Shown: piece by piece, positions 30,361 to 41,107 of the stretch
Layout of the letters: the number at the start of each line of letters is the position of its first letter
How positions within the stretch are numbered: position 1 is the stretch's first letter
IMG/VR virus record: IMGVR_UViG_3300042691_029418
Strand: one strand, 5' to 3'
Source: an uncultured virus (IMG/VR IMGVR_UViG_3300042691_029418)
Lineage: Duplodnaviria > Heunggongvirae > Uroviricota > Caudoviricetes
DNA length: 64,000 nt
Made by a program: the position numbers and the translations under genes
Notes under the pieces: generated by a model
What the model was told of the DNA's origin: nothing
Seen by the model: only the letters and a program-made list of their open reading frames with translations
Databases searched by the model: none

Positions 30361-31349
30361 TAATATTCTCCCCCATCAATGAGTCCTGCATCTAAAGTTC
30401 CAACCACAAAAACATTATTTAAAAATGTTGCTACTCCAACAAAAGTAGAAAGTCCAGTGATATTTGCGTTTCTGGCAGTAAATTCATCAAATCGCAAATC
30501 ATCAGCAACATATAAGTCACCGCCAACATATAAGTCACCACCAGTAGTAGTTATGCCACCATTTGCCGCAAGTGTTGAAACCCCTGATACGATTAAATTG
30601 GTTGTAGTAACTAATCCCGAAAATCTAGCATCTTTCCATCTTTTTGTACTAATACCAATACTATAAGTATTATCTATATTTGGTACTAAATTTGAAATAA
30701 ATTCACCAACTACATTAATATCATCTGTATCAGAATCTCCAAGATTGATTGTACCACCATGGAATGTAGCAGTACCGATGAAGTTTGATATTCCTTCAAC
30801 ACTTAAATTTCTACCAACAAAAAGATCTCTACCACTATAAAGATCACCACCTGTAGTAGTTATACCACTTGTTGCAGCAAGAGTAGTAATACCAGAAACA
30901 TAAAGTGAATTCGCACTGATTAATCCATTAATGTTAATAGATGGTGTAAAAATGCCATCCTGAGCATCGATGGTAAGTGCCGCACCGACTTTTATATTAT
31001 CATTAGTACCGTCAATAATGACAGTTCCTGTTCCAAAAGTTGCAATTCCAACTACTTTTAAATTCCTACCTATATTTAAGTCTTGACCTATTCCAACTCC
31101 ACCTTTGACTGTAAAGGCACCAGTTGATGTTGAAATAGATACCGTAGTGTCACTAATCGAAGTGCTTCGATCAATAACACTTGTCATTATAAAAGATTCT
31201 GATGGTAAATCCCATACTAGAATTAGACCATCAGAAGTATTTGATGAATCAACGTCTGTTAAGTTTATTAATTTTGTTGGTGGTGCAGAAGCATTGGATA
31301 AGACACGAATTACATTCTGAGATCCAATTCTGTCGTTTATGTTAGGCAT
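30360..31349 (-). CDS. Putative fibre/collar structural protein
   Basis: G/T/V-rich with duplicated GITTTGGDLY; ends IDGGEY. Confidence 0.6.
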   Translation of the reverse strand: MPNINDRIGSQNVIRVLSNASAPPTKLINLTDVDSSNTSDGLILVWDLPSESFIMTSVIDRSTSISDTTVSISTSTGAFTVKGGVGIGQDLNIGRNLKVVGIATFGTGTVIIDGTNDNIKVGAALTIDAQDGIFTPSININGLISANSLYVSGITTLAATSGITTTGGDLYSGRDLFVGRNLSVEGISNFIGTATFHGGTINLGDSDTDDINVVGEFISNLVPNIDNTYSIGISTKRWKDARFSGLVTTTNLIVSGVSTLAANGGITTTGGDLYVGGDLYVADDLRFDEFTARNANITGLSTFVGVATFLNNVFVVGTLDAGLIDGGEY

Positions 31350-31352
31350 TTT

Positions 31353-31688
31353 TTACCTCGTTACCCCTGCTCGTACTAATGCTGCTCCCTCAATAGCTTT
31401 GAATTCCTTTCCATAATTAAATAATTTCACATCATAAAGATATCTTCCTGGTTTTAGAGAGACAGTCTGATTTGCTGTTAATGATATAGAAACGATACCT
31501 AAATCTGGATCTGTGACAGTAGAGGCAAATGAAACATAACTTGAACTGCCTGAATGTTTTCTAAGTTGAGCTTCAGTAGATGCAGTGTTTAGATTTAAAA
31601 ATGAATTTGTTCTTGTATCCTCTAATTGAAAAGAAGTATCAAAGCTAAATCCCTGCTCAATTACTATATTGGATACATAAACTGCCAT
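31353..31688 (-). CDS. Small structural protein (possible BppU-like Ig fold)
   Basis: IEQG..F...G.V.ISLT..QT..L.PGRY.YDV; late promoter at 31713-31720. Confidence 0.6.
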   Translation of the reverse strand: MAVYVSNIVIEQGFSFDTSFQLEDTRTNSFLNLNTASTEAQLRKHSGSSSYVSFASTVTDPDLGIVSISLTANQTVSLKPGRYLYDVKLFNYGKEFKAIEGAALVRAGVTR

Positions 31689-31722
31689 TATTCAGATGAA
31701 TATACCTTTAGATATTTATATT

Positions 31723-31893
31723 CTAAAGATTCATAAGAGATAAAACTGCTTCTTGTTGTTTTAAGTACAATTTACAATATAGTTTTGCAAACGACCTAAG
31801 TTCATCCTCATTCAAAGTATCGATTGTCCTAGCATGTTTTTCATACTCAAATAACTTATCTATTGAATCAAGTGTAATTTCATTTGGATCCAT
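31723..31893 (-). CDS. NblA-like phycobilisome degradation protein, 56 aa (not in ORF track)
   Basis: MDPNEITLDSIDKLFEYEKHARTIDTLNEDELRSFAKLYCKLYLKQQEAVLSLMNL; size and helix-loop-helix pattern resemble NblA. Confidence 0.5.
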   Translation of the reverse strand: MDPNEITLDSIDKLFEYEKHARTIDTLNEDELRSFAKLYCKLYLKQQEAVLSLMNL

Positions 31894-32080
31894 TAATTAA
31901 CTCCCTTAATAGTGTTTTAATCTCATCAATATCCCTTTTCATCGCATCTAGTTCTTTCTTTTGAACATCTCTCTGAATTAAAGAGTTTACATACTGATTA
32001 TATCCAACAGAATCACAGTTAATTATAGCACCACTTTTCTCATCACGATATAAGTTTTGATGCCCTTCTACCTTAATCAT
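31880..32080 (-). CDS. Conserved small coiled-coil protein
   Basis: KVEGH.NL.RD..SGAIIN followed by a coiled coil. Confidence 0.7.
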   Translation of the reverse strand: MIKVEGHQNLYRDEKSGAIINCDSVGYNQYVNSLIQRDVQKKELDAMKRDIDEIKTLLRELINGSK

Positions 32081-35000
32081 TTATCTAACAGCAATTGTTC
32101 TCAAATCTTTGATCCTTGGTGGTCTAGCTTGGTTTGTTCCTGACATAACAATTTTGATCGTATATCCAACAAACAAATCGAGATTATCTGCTGTAAACTG
32201 ATATTCTAAAAATTCATTATCCAAACTTGGTGGAACATAAGAATCAGGTTTTCCATTATTATTTGATGAATCAACTACAAGATATCCTTGATCTGTTGTT
32301 AATGACAAATTATCATATCCTGGGAATAACTCAAATGCCTGAGGAACTTCACTTGAATCTGCCTTAATTAAACTGTACAGAACTCTAAAGTCAGCACTTT
32401 CGTGTCTATATGCACTTAAGATGACTTTGAGAGATGTTGCTGGTTGTGCAAGACTTACAGTATTCGAAACATAAATCGCAGAGTGTGGGTCATTTAAAAT
32501 TGAATTGACTCTATTATCAGTGACATAATCTGTAATTGGACTGTCTAATCTACTAATTGTAAATTCTGTGAGTGCGTTATCTAGATAAATGAGTGGAGAC
32601 AAGTTTGTATCTCTTGTAGACAAGGTAATTCCTGTAGTAAAGGACTTGTTTCTTAAAAGTTTGCTCAATCCAGGTTGATTCTTCTCATTTACATCTGAAG
32701 CAACTAATCTTACAGTTCTGAGTGTATTCAATACGTTTAATTGAACTGGTTCTGATGGCTGTTCAATGAAGGAATTTTCATTTCCATCAATACTTGTTCC
32801 ACTTACGGTTCTGATAAATGCGTTTACTGAAGTGGCAGATCCTGGAGTGATTAGATCATAAGTTGGAACTAAACCATTATAGTTGATATTTTCAGATGCT
32901 TTTACATTTGGTCCTCCAAAAGATCCTTCATTCGTAAATGACATTTCAGGAGCATTTGCTACAGATCCATCAGAAGATCTATTCGAACCACTTTCAGTTC
33001 TGGATACTTGAATATAGTAATCATCAATTCCTATGTTTGTAGAACTCATTGTATGTTCTTTGTTAATTCTGCGTAGAGAAACTCCATTCATTTCATACTT
33101 GTAGACCAAACTGTCGAGTTGATGTGGAGTGATTACCGTACTATCAATTCCTCTTCCATTTGGTGCGATAGTTAATGCACCGTTAGAGACATTTGAGTAA
33201 CCAATTATTTCATCACCGATCAATACATATCCAGTATTTCCAGATCCAACATTAATTCCCTCAAAGGTTGAGAATATTGCCGTACTTGCCACACTGATAG
33301 TAGTAACTTCATTTGCTGCCAATTCTGCAGATAGTTTTGTAGGTGAATATGTCGATTGTGCATTGGATATTTTCACCTTATCAATTCCAGAATACATTCC
33401 ATGATCAAAATGATTTACCTTAATGTAATTTCCTGAATTAACTCCACCATCGGCAACAAAATTTGTGATTGTTGTCGATGCTAGTGAAACGATTGGGTTA
33501 GTTGGATAGTCATTAGGATAGTAACTAACTGCTGCACCAACTGTAAATGAACTTGATTCTGCCTGAAGACCAGAAAGGTATAAAGTATCCAAAGAAGTAA
33601 TAGAAGAAATTGAAATTCTTGCATTTCTTCCTAAGTTAGTAACAATACCTACAACATCTCCAACTTGATATCCACTACCAACTGATGTTGTTGCAGCAAT
33701 TCCAGTGATAACTCCACTTGAATTTGTAGTTACACTCAGTCTTAATCCAGAACCTCTTCCGACAATATTAGTTGTCTCTAAGTTAGCAAGAGTCGAACTT
33801 GCTGGATAATTTGTTCCACCATTAGTCACTTGTGCTTGGGAAACAGAACTTCCAGTGCCTACAATATAACCAAAAGTATTTGGTTTGATTCCAGAAATTT
33901 TTCTACCGACAACTAGTATATTATTAATGATTGTAGAGTTTGAAGTTGTGCTAATACTTAAGGTAGCAGTTTTTGGTAGTGTTCTGATTGGATTGTTATT
34001 TAATTTTGATACATATCCGTTACTTTCATCTAGGGATGGATTAGTAAAGAATGCAGTTCCAGTAGTAGATGTAAACTCTGCCTTATAAAGTTTGAACTTA
34101 AGATCTTGATACTGGTTTGCTGTCCAAATAGATCCATTTTGAGATTTAAACAGGCTTCCTAATGCAAATTGTTTTGAATAAATTACGGATTCTGAATCTG
34201 GTAGAGACTGAGTTTTTCTAGTCTTTTTGCCCATTTCAGCAATCCACATTTCATATTTGTCACTATGAGCAGAAATAATTACAACAGCATATTCCCTACC
34301 AGGGGTTAAGTAAATTGGTTCTGGGAAAGTTACCTTTGTTTCAGTCTCACCATCATCCGAAGTGGAAATATCAGATGGCCTTAAGGTCACGGGTTTTCCA
34401 ACAATTGTCATCGTTGGAGTTCCAAGTTCTACAGTTCTTATCTCAACTCTTAATGGAGCATTTCCATCGTCTTTAGAAGCAAAGTACAATCCAACCGAAG
34501 TTAAGAATGCACCATTAATATCATCTGAGGTATCATATTCCGTTGGTGCTTGTATATTTCCACCAACAACAAATGATTGTGCCAGAGGATCAAAATACTC
34601 TGCCACTAAAGTTTCAGTGTGACGGTTTATGGTTGTTAAAGATGTCGTAGTATTTGTTGTTAAATTAGTTATCGTTGTTGTTGTTAAGTTGCTGGTTATT
34701 GTTGTTACCTCATTTTCCCACTGATTCAGAGTTCCATCAGAATTGTAGTTAGTTTCTGCAAAAGAAATTGAATTGCTTCCAGGAAGACCTGGATCGTTTG
34801 TACTACTTGAAGTAATTCTAAACGTTTTTGTCCCTGTTGGGATTCGAATTGAAGGTGTGGGGATTGTATTAGGATCTCTTAGGAAAAATGTTCCTATTAA
34901 GTCTCCAAAGTTGTCCGATATAAGTCTCAGATCTTTCACATATGCTACAGCACCACTTTCTTGACCAACTAAAAGCATACCATTGGTCAAATATCCCGTA

Positions 35001-38000
35001 TATCTTCCTTGTGCTTCTTCTGCTAATGAACTTGTATCGACGTTTAATACCTTTGTGGTTTGACTATACTCAGTTGGTAAAGATTCTGTTTTGATGTATG
35101 GATTAATTGTGAATGTTGTTGTTGGTGAACTAAAAGGACCATACTTGTGATTTGGAGTGCATAGTCTAAATGATATTAATCTAACACCATTTGCAGATCC
35201 AAATACAGTTTCACCAGTTTTAAATGTTCCAGTAGATCCAGAATTTATTAAAGTTGAATCATTTGCAATTTCAATTAATTTTGGTACAAAATCAACTGAA
35301 CTACTACCGTCTAAGAACTGATAATATCTTGTAGATGGTTTGAGATTTGATACTGAAAACTCAGTATTTCTAGATCTCATAAATGATTCATCAGATGCTG
35401 ATACAAGAATGTTTCTAACAGATATATCAGTGTTTGTTACTGTATCAGATCCTACGTTTGTTGTTGTATTTGAATTTGAATTTGTTGTAGTAGAACTTGA
35501 CTCAGATACATTTGCTCCTATTGTTTCTTGCTCTCCTCTTCTAGATGCATTTGGTATGCTTGCAACAACTCTAGAAGAAGAAGTTTCACGAGCAACTGGA
35601 TTGGTTATATCAACACGTACATTACTGACAAGATTTCTTTCAATTGTTCTACTTGAGTTATTTGTAATGTTAATGTTTCTATCTGGAAGTTGAATCGTTC
35701 TAACCCAACTATCAACTGCTGGATTTAAAGTGATAATACCTGTGTATATGACAACATTAAATGGATTGACGTTTTCTACACCGGTTGCAAACAGTTGTTG
35801 AATCCAACCAATCTCTTGATATTTAAGTGTTACGCAATTTCCAGTTTTTTGAACATTTGAATCCAATAGTTCAAAATTTGATTTATAATCTAAAGTTTCA
35901 TCTGTTACAGAAGTTGCGGAAACTAGTTTTGATTTGATAGAGTTTCTGCTTATTAATGGAATAAGTTCATTTGCAGATGGATTGATTTGTGCCGTTGTTA
36001 ATTGTCGATTCATCAAGTTATAGTTTTTGAAATCATCAACAAAAAATCCACTCTTAAATCTGTTTCGACCCTCGGCATCTTGTATCTGTAAAGTTTGAGT
36101 ATCAATCTCTAAAAACGACAATGAAGTTACTCTTTCTAAATTACCAACCCTATTATCAATGAATCCAATATCTCTCATCGTATATCTTCTATTATCTCTC
36201 AGTTGTATGCGAGCATCTTGAGGATTATAAAGATATGGTGGAAGTTGTATGGTAGCAATTTCCATCATTGCATCATTTTTTGTTGGAGCTTTTGGTGTAT
36301 TTGAAGAAACTCCTTTTTCAACGATAAAATTACCAGTCTTATCTAAGTACAATCTATCTACTCTTGCTAAGTAATAATCATATCCGATAGATGAGGATTC
36401 ATTAGGTGTCAGGATCACTCTTGGATCACTATTAAAAGTTCTTGATCCAAAGTCGAACGGGGATGCATTAGTTGAACTTGGGTCAAAAGTCGCAACTCTT
36501 GGTCTAAAGTCTAAGGTGTCTGATGCTCTTCTTAGTCTAGAACCAATTACTGGTATGTCCGTAGAAAATCTTTCTTCATCGTAACTTAATATAGTAAATA
36601 CATCTCCATTATCATTGGACTCAACTGTATACCTATCATATACAATCAACAATCTCTTGCTAGGTTCGGGAATATTTTTATTTCTTATAATCTTGGAGTA
36701 ATCATAATATTGATCTTTCTGACCTTTTTCTAAGAAATATGAGTTAGTAACATCTTTATAACTTCCTAATGTAATTGCCTCAATTTCCGTAGTAATATTA
36801 GACTCTTCAAATGTGACAGTCTCTCCAGGAACAAATCTGTCATCTGTTAAATAGACAATTTCAAGAGTATTTGCTGGAGAATTTAATCTAGTTACAATTC
36901 TTGCAACCGCATTTGAGGTGCTTCCAATTATATTTTCACCAACAATTGAGTTTGTTCCAACATTTGCTGTTGAAGTAAATAAGACTCTATCAAAGGATGG
37001 TGTTGAAGAATCAAACGACTCATAAATTGAGATAATTTTTACAACATCTGGAACATTTAGAGAAATTTCTTCATCTTGGACTCTTAATCCATAATACTGA
37101 CTATATGTTAATCCATCAGAAATTGAAGTATTAATTCCAGCACCAGATTGTTTGTACTTAGATCTGGTAATTTCTACAGTTTCACTTCTAGAATATTTTT
37201 TTACTTTACTTCTAACATTATTCTTGACCAGAGTAACGTTAACTGTTGCGGTTGTATTCGTTAAACCTCTAATTGTTAATGTATCATTACTTACAGTAAC
37301 AGAATCTGATGATAGTGTGGCTATGGTGCCATTATTGTAGTGAACCGAGTATTTTTCTTGATCAAATGAATCAAAGTAAACTGAGGAAATACCAAGAGTC
37401 GATGCGACAGTTGTAGCACTTAAACTTAATGTATTTGCAGTGATTGTTTGATTTGGTAGTTGAGCAGATATCCTTAACGTTGAATCTGATAGATTTACTT
37501 TTGAAATATTATTATTAGGGAGATTTGTGTATAGGTATGCAGAATCTTGATTTCTAATAATTGGTGCTGCTGCAAAAATATCTGTTAAAACTGTACTTGT
37601 AGGTAAAGATCCCTCGAAAACTCCTGAAACACTAGGAGTTATTGATGATAGACCTATTGATAGACCATCTGTGGAAATAGAAGAAACTCTGTTATATGTT
37701 TCTGTATTAAATCCAATTTTTTGATATCTGATGATTGTATTTGTTGTTATTCCTGTAAATACACGTCCAACCGAAGTAACTGTCGATACTCCTCCACTGG
37801 CAGTAGAAATAGATACCTGAGTGATGTTGCCAGGCATTCTAAATCTCTCAAGAACAGCATTTGCGGAGAAAGTTGCAATGCCGGTAACTGGGAAATTAGA
37901 ATCTTGTCTGATTGATTTTATATTTTGAGTTCCGTATGCTGTAACAGATACAATTGTTCTTGGAAAATCGACACCATTAATCGTTATTTGTTCTCCAGGT

Positions 38001-39523
38001 GCAAAAGATCCGGATGTTTGTCTTAAAGTAATTAAGGATGAATTTGAACCTGCAGAAACTGCATATCCACTTGCTCCACTATTTTTACCTTTGACGAATG
38101 ATGATACTGGAAGATCTATTGAACTTATAGCATTATTCAATGTCAATGCAGTATTTGTTTGAATATCATATAAGTATAAATCCCAATTTGTTGCATCATT
38201 TGCATATGCAGAATCCGTTAGGTTAAAATTATATACTCGAGCGCTGCCAACTCCAATTCCATTTCCGTTCAATTGACTGTAAAATGTAACAACTCCTTTT
38301 TGTTGCGGAACACCAGAAACGTCATTGACTCTGAGAAGATTTCCCATCTCAAAGGAAATTCCAATATTTGACTCAGATTTAGTTTCTCTTGGTTTTTCTA
38401 CATCTAAAATTGTCGTAGATTGCTTATCAATATCATATCCTCTCACATATGCTTTCCCTGGAGAAATTTTTATGCACATCAAATTATCTGATGGAGAATT
38501 TCCCTCCGAAGTCGTCTCATTTTTAAAAAATAGACCATTACTACCAAGTCTATCATTTAGTGAGTTATGAACTGATGGATTAAATGGCTCTACGGCATAA
38601 TCTCCAGATTCATCATATGTTCTTCTAGCCAAATAGTCCTTAATAACGTCATAATTGCTCTTAATTTCTATTTTTTTTATAAAACCATTTTCTATTCTGA
38701 GTAATTCAATGAAGTTGGTGTCATTTAAGTCTGTAAGTGCTTTTTTGTCTAAAATCAGATCTATCTTGAATCTGTCTGCTCCAGGAGCAGCATAGTTTGT
38801 AAATCCCTTAGCATTATCATATAAGTCGGTATCATCCTTGGCAGTTACGATAGACTCATCAATTCGTAATCCAACTCTATATGATGGGGTATTAGTATAA
38901 TAATCTAAGAGAAGAGTTTGCTCTAATACATTTACAAAATATCCTCTTACAAAATAAACACCGTTTCCAATAAATGCTGCGGATCCCGTTGAAGTTGCAT
39001 TTAAAGAAATCAATGATGCAAATGGTGTTCCAGAATTAATTGTAGTGTTTCCGTAAACAATATTTTCACTTGCTACTAAAGATTCTCCATCTTGAAATTG
39101 TGTGAAATTGAAATCGTTGTCAGAGTCAATGTATTTTACATAAATTGTTGGTTCTAAAATATTATCACCATTTATTAATTCAACATGCTGAATTGTTGCC
39201 GTAATTCCCGATGTTTGTCCAATAATTTTCTTTCCAATATATTGCTCAATATAAAGTGATATATCAGTTCCAAAATTTGTCTGATTAAGTTTGACAGCAT
39301 AAAACTGGGAGTCATATAAAACGTTTCCAGGGATCACCACAGACCCCTCTTTAAAAATATGACTACCAAATGACTCTATTTGATTTTGTAGAATAGACTG
39401 AAGAGTGGTTAATTCTCTTGCTTGAATGGCCCTTCCCGGATTAAATAAGACTTTGTAAAAATTATTTTCAGAATTAAAGTCATCATAATATGGACTAATA
39501 TTTAAATTTGTTTTTTGTGCCAT
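32081..39523 (-). CDS. Large virion structural protein (VrlC/DUF4815-like), 2480 aa
   Basis: N.SPYYDDF...QARELTTLQSILQNQ, APGADR, DPLAQSF. Confidence 0.88.
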   Translation of the reverse strand: MAQKTNLNISPYYDDFNSENNFYKVLFNPGRAIQARELTTLQSILQNQIESFGSHIFKEGSVVIPGNVLYDSQFYAVKLNQTNFGTDISLYIEQYIGKKIIGQTSGITATIQHVELINGDNILEPTIYVKYIDSDNDFNFTQFQDGESLVASENIVYGNTTINSGTPFASLISLNATSTGSAAFIGNGVYFVRGYFVNVLEQTLLLDYYTNTPSYRVGLRIDESIVTAKDDTDLYDNAKGFTNYAAPGADRFKIDLILDKKALTDLNDTNFIELLRIENGFIKKIEIKSNYDVIKDYLARRTYDESGDYAVEPFNPSVHNSLNDRLGSNGLFFKNETTSEGNSPSDNLMCIKISPGKAYVRGYDIDKQSTTILDVEKPRETKSESNIGISFEMGNLLRVNDVSGVPQQKGVVTFYSQLNGNGIGVGSARVYNFNLTDSAYANDATNWDLYLYDIQTNTALTLNNAISSIDLPVSSFVKGKNSGASGYAVSAGSNSSLITLRQTSGSFAPGEQITINGVDFPRTIVSVTAYGTQNIKSIRQDSNFPVTGIATFSANAVLERFRMPGNITQVSISTASGGVSTVTSVGRVFTGITTNTIIRYQKIGFNTETYNRVSSISTDGLSIGLSSITPSVSGVFEGSLPTSTVLTDIFAAAPIIRNQDSAYLYTNLPNNNISKVNLSDSTLRISAQLPNQTITANTLSLSATTVASTLGISSVYFDSFDQEKYSVHYNNGTIATLSSDSVTVSNDTLTIRGLTNTTATVNVTLVKNNVRSKVKKYSRSETVEITRSKYKQSGAGINTSISDGLTYSQYYGLRVQDEEISLNVPDVVKIISIYESFDSSTPSFDRVLFTSTANVGTNSIVGENIIGSTSNAVARIVTRLNSPANTLEIVYLTDDRFVPGETVTFEESNITTEIEAITLGSYKDVTNSYFLEKGQKDQYYDYSKIIRNKNIPEPSKRLLIVYDRYTVESNDNGDVFTILSYDEERFSTDIPVIGSRLRRASDTLDFRPRVATFDPSSTNASPFDFGSRTFNSDPRVILTPNESSSIGYDYYLARVDRLYLDKTGNFIVEKGVSSNTPKAPTKNDAMMEIATIQLPPYLYNPQDARIQLRDNRRYTMRDIGFIDNRVGNLERVTSLSFLEIDTQTLQIQDAEGRNRFKSGFFVDDFKNYNLMNRQLTTAQINPSANELIPLISRNSIKSKLVSATSVTDETLDYKSNFELLDSNVQKTGNCVTLKYQEIGWIQQLFATGVENVNPFNVVIYTGIITLNPAVDSWVRTIQLPDRNINITNNSSRTIERNLVSNVRVDITNPVARETSSSRVVASIPNASRRGEQETIGANVSESSSTTTNSNSNTTTNVGSDTVTNTDISVRNILVSASDESFMRSRNTEFSVSNLKPSTRYYQFLDGSSSVDFVPKLIEIANDSTLINSGSTGTFKTGETVFGSANGVRLISFRLCTPNHKYGPFSSPTTTFTINPYIKTESLPTEYSQTTKVLNVDTSSLAEEAQGRYTGYLTNGMLLVGQESGAVAYVKDLRLISDNFGDLIGTFFLRDPNTIPTPSIRIPTGTKTFRITSSSTNDPGLPGSNSISFAETNYNSDGTLNQWENEVTTITSNLTTTTITNLTTNTTTSLTTINRHTETLVAEYFDPLAQSFVVGGNIQAPTEYDTSDDINGAFLTSVGLYFASKDDGNAPLRVEIRTVELGTPTMTIVGKPVTLRPSDISTSDDGETETKVTFPEPIYLTPGREYAVVIISAHSDKYEMWIAEMGKKTRKTQSLPDSESVIYSKQFALGSLFKSQNGSIWTANQYQDLKFKLYKAEFTSTTGTAFFTNPSLDESNGYVSKLNNNPIRTLPKTATLSISTTSNSTIINNILVVGRKISGIKPNTFGYIVGTGSSVSQAQVTNGGTNYPASSTLANLETTNIVGRGSGLRLSVTTNSSGVITGIAATTSVGSGYQVGDVVGIVTNLGRNARISISSITSLDTLYLSGLQAESSSFTVGAAVSYYPNDYPTNPIVSLASTTITNFVADGGVNSGNYIKVNHFDHGMYSGIDKVKISNAQSTYSPTKLSAELAANEVTTISVASTAIFSTFEGINVGSGNTGYVLIGDEIIGYSNVSNGALTIAPNGRGIDSTVITPHQLDSLVYKYEMNGVSLRRINKEHTMSSTNIGIDDYYIQVSRTESGSNRSSDGSVANAPEMSFTNEGSFGGPNVKASENINYNGLVPTYDLITPGSATSVNAFIRTVSGTSIDGNENSFIEQPSEPVQLNVLNTLRTVRLVASDVNEKNQPGLSKLLRNKSFTTGITLSTRDTNLSPLIYLDNALTEFTISRLDSPITDYVTDNRVNSILNDPHSAIYVSNTVSLAQPATSLKVILSAYRHESADFRVLYSLIKADSSEVPQAFELFPGYDNLSLTTDQGYLVVDSSNNNGKPDSYVPPSLDNEFLEYQFTADNLDLFVGYTIKIVMSGTNQARPPRIKDLRTIAVR

Positions 39524-39526
39524 TTC

Positions 39527-41086
39527 TTAGAATTCCAGAATAATTTTAACGTCTTCTTTTTGTCTTAAATTTCTTGTAACTAAGGGTCTGTTATCAATAT
39601 AAATTATATCCCCCGTCTTTTTATTTATCTCTGGATTGGCAAGACCTTCTGTAAAAGTTACTCCAAGATCTATGACCTTACTATCTTTAGTGACCTTGTT
39701 TTCATTAAACGTGGTATCTATTGGGGCACTAAATGCAGAAGTAACAAATTGAATGTCATTTGTAGATGAAGATTCGAAATCTAAAACTTCAGAAACTGTG
39801 CTAATATTTGTTGCATCAGTTTCATCTTCACTATTCGGAAAGTATAGAGATCTATCTCTAAAATATTTTAAAACCTCAGTGTTAGTATCGTAAGAAGCAA
39901 CATATCCTTTTGCAGTTTTACCATCAGATTCTCTAACTTGACGTATTTCCTCACCAATTACTGGAGTTTGACTAATTGATGTTAATTTAATTGCATATAA
40001 AGAAGAAAATTGATTCTCCTCAAATAGAGTGTCTGAAGTATTATATTTTGGATTCTTTAGAATGCCAATTTGTGCAAATGCAGTGCTGATCGGAGTGTCT
40101 TCTGTTAAATCATCAAATCTTGCATAAATTAAAACTCTATCTGCACCTAATTCCTTGTAAATATCATACCCATGACCCTTCGATGGAGGAATAATAACGA
40201 TTAGTTGGGCATCTTCCTGGACAACTCCTGCTCTTAATTGTCCAAGATCAACTATCCCATAAGTATACCCTTTTCCACCAGATGTAACTCTAGCTGAAAC
40301 TATTTTTCCATCAGTTACTTTAATAGATGCAGTAGCTCCAGTTCCATCTCCATTAATATCTACACTATATTCCTCATCTCTACTTAAATATCCATCTCCA
40401 GTATTTGCAATATAAATTTTCTTAATTTGGTTCTCTTCAACATCAGAATTTCCAGCATCACGGATTCGTCCAATTTCACTATCAGTTGATGTGTCCCAAT
40501 CATTTGGCAGCACAATGTATTCTGTAGAATCGAATTTTATAATATCACTTGGCAATAAGGTAAACAAATATTTCCAAACATATCCATCACCACTAGATCC
40601 TGCAGCCGATGGATCTGTATCGGTAAAAGTTGGTTCGTCTTGAGATTTGTTTCCTGTAGGATTGGTGACTGAAGATCCATTATCTATACAGATATAAACT
40701 TTATAATCACTATTCATTACATAGTAATTTGAATCATATAGTCTTGGTAATTCTGATATTGGTGCTAAGTTACTGGTACTGTAGTCATGACGATACATCT
40801 CATATTTTGTATTTTCAGTCCAAGTTATCTTTCTTACAATTCTTCTTACATTTGATGATGTAATTTTTTTTCCAAATAACAAAGTATCTTTGTAATGAGA
40901 TAAGTATTGTAAGTTATCTACAGGTTCATCTGGACTGGAATCCCATCCCGTGCTTCTACCAAACTTAGATTCTGCTGGATTTGATAACCCTAGAAAAACA
41001 TAATATGAATTATTGCTGTCGTTAACAGAATCAACAAAATTTTCTGCATTAAATATTCTAAATTGATCTGTTATAATTGCGGACAT
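39527..41086 (-). CDS. gp8: Baseplate wedge protein
   Basis: MSAIITDQFR, YYVMNSDYKVYIC, DGYVWKYLF, GHG, QKEDVKIILEF. Confidence 0.92.
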   Translation of the reverse strand: MSAIITDQFRIFNAENFVDSVNDSNNSYYVFLGLSNPAESKFGRSTGWDSSPDEPVDNLQYLSHYKDTLLFGKKITSSNVRRIVRKITWTENTKYEMYRHDYSTSNLAPISELPRLYDSNYYVMNSDYKVYICIDNGSSVTNPTGNKSQDEPTFTDTDPSAAGSSGDGYVWKYLFTLLPSDIIKFDSTEYIVLPNDWDTSTDSEIGRIRDAGNSDVEENQIKKIYIANTGDGYLSRDEEYSVDINGDGTGATASIKVTDGKIVSARVTSGGKGYTYGIVDLGQLRAGVVQEDAQLIVIIPPSKGHGYDIYKELGADRVLIYARFDDLTEDTPISTAFAQIGILKNPKYNTSDTLFEENQFSSLYAIKLTSISQTPVIGEEIRQVRESDGKTAKGYVASYDTNTEVLKYFRDRSLYFPNSEDETDATNISTVSEVLDFESSSTNDIQFVTSAFSAPIDTTFNENKVTKDSKVIDLGVTFTEGLANPEINKKTGDIIYIDNRPLVTRNLRQKEDVKIILEF

Positions 41087-41107
41087 ACTAATAGTTTTTT
41101 TATATAT

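Noticed and set aside
30510..30900. Internal duplication in the fibre-like gene
   Set aside because: Ordinary protein-level GGDLYV repeat typical of fibre proteins
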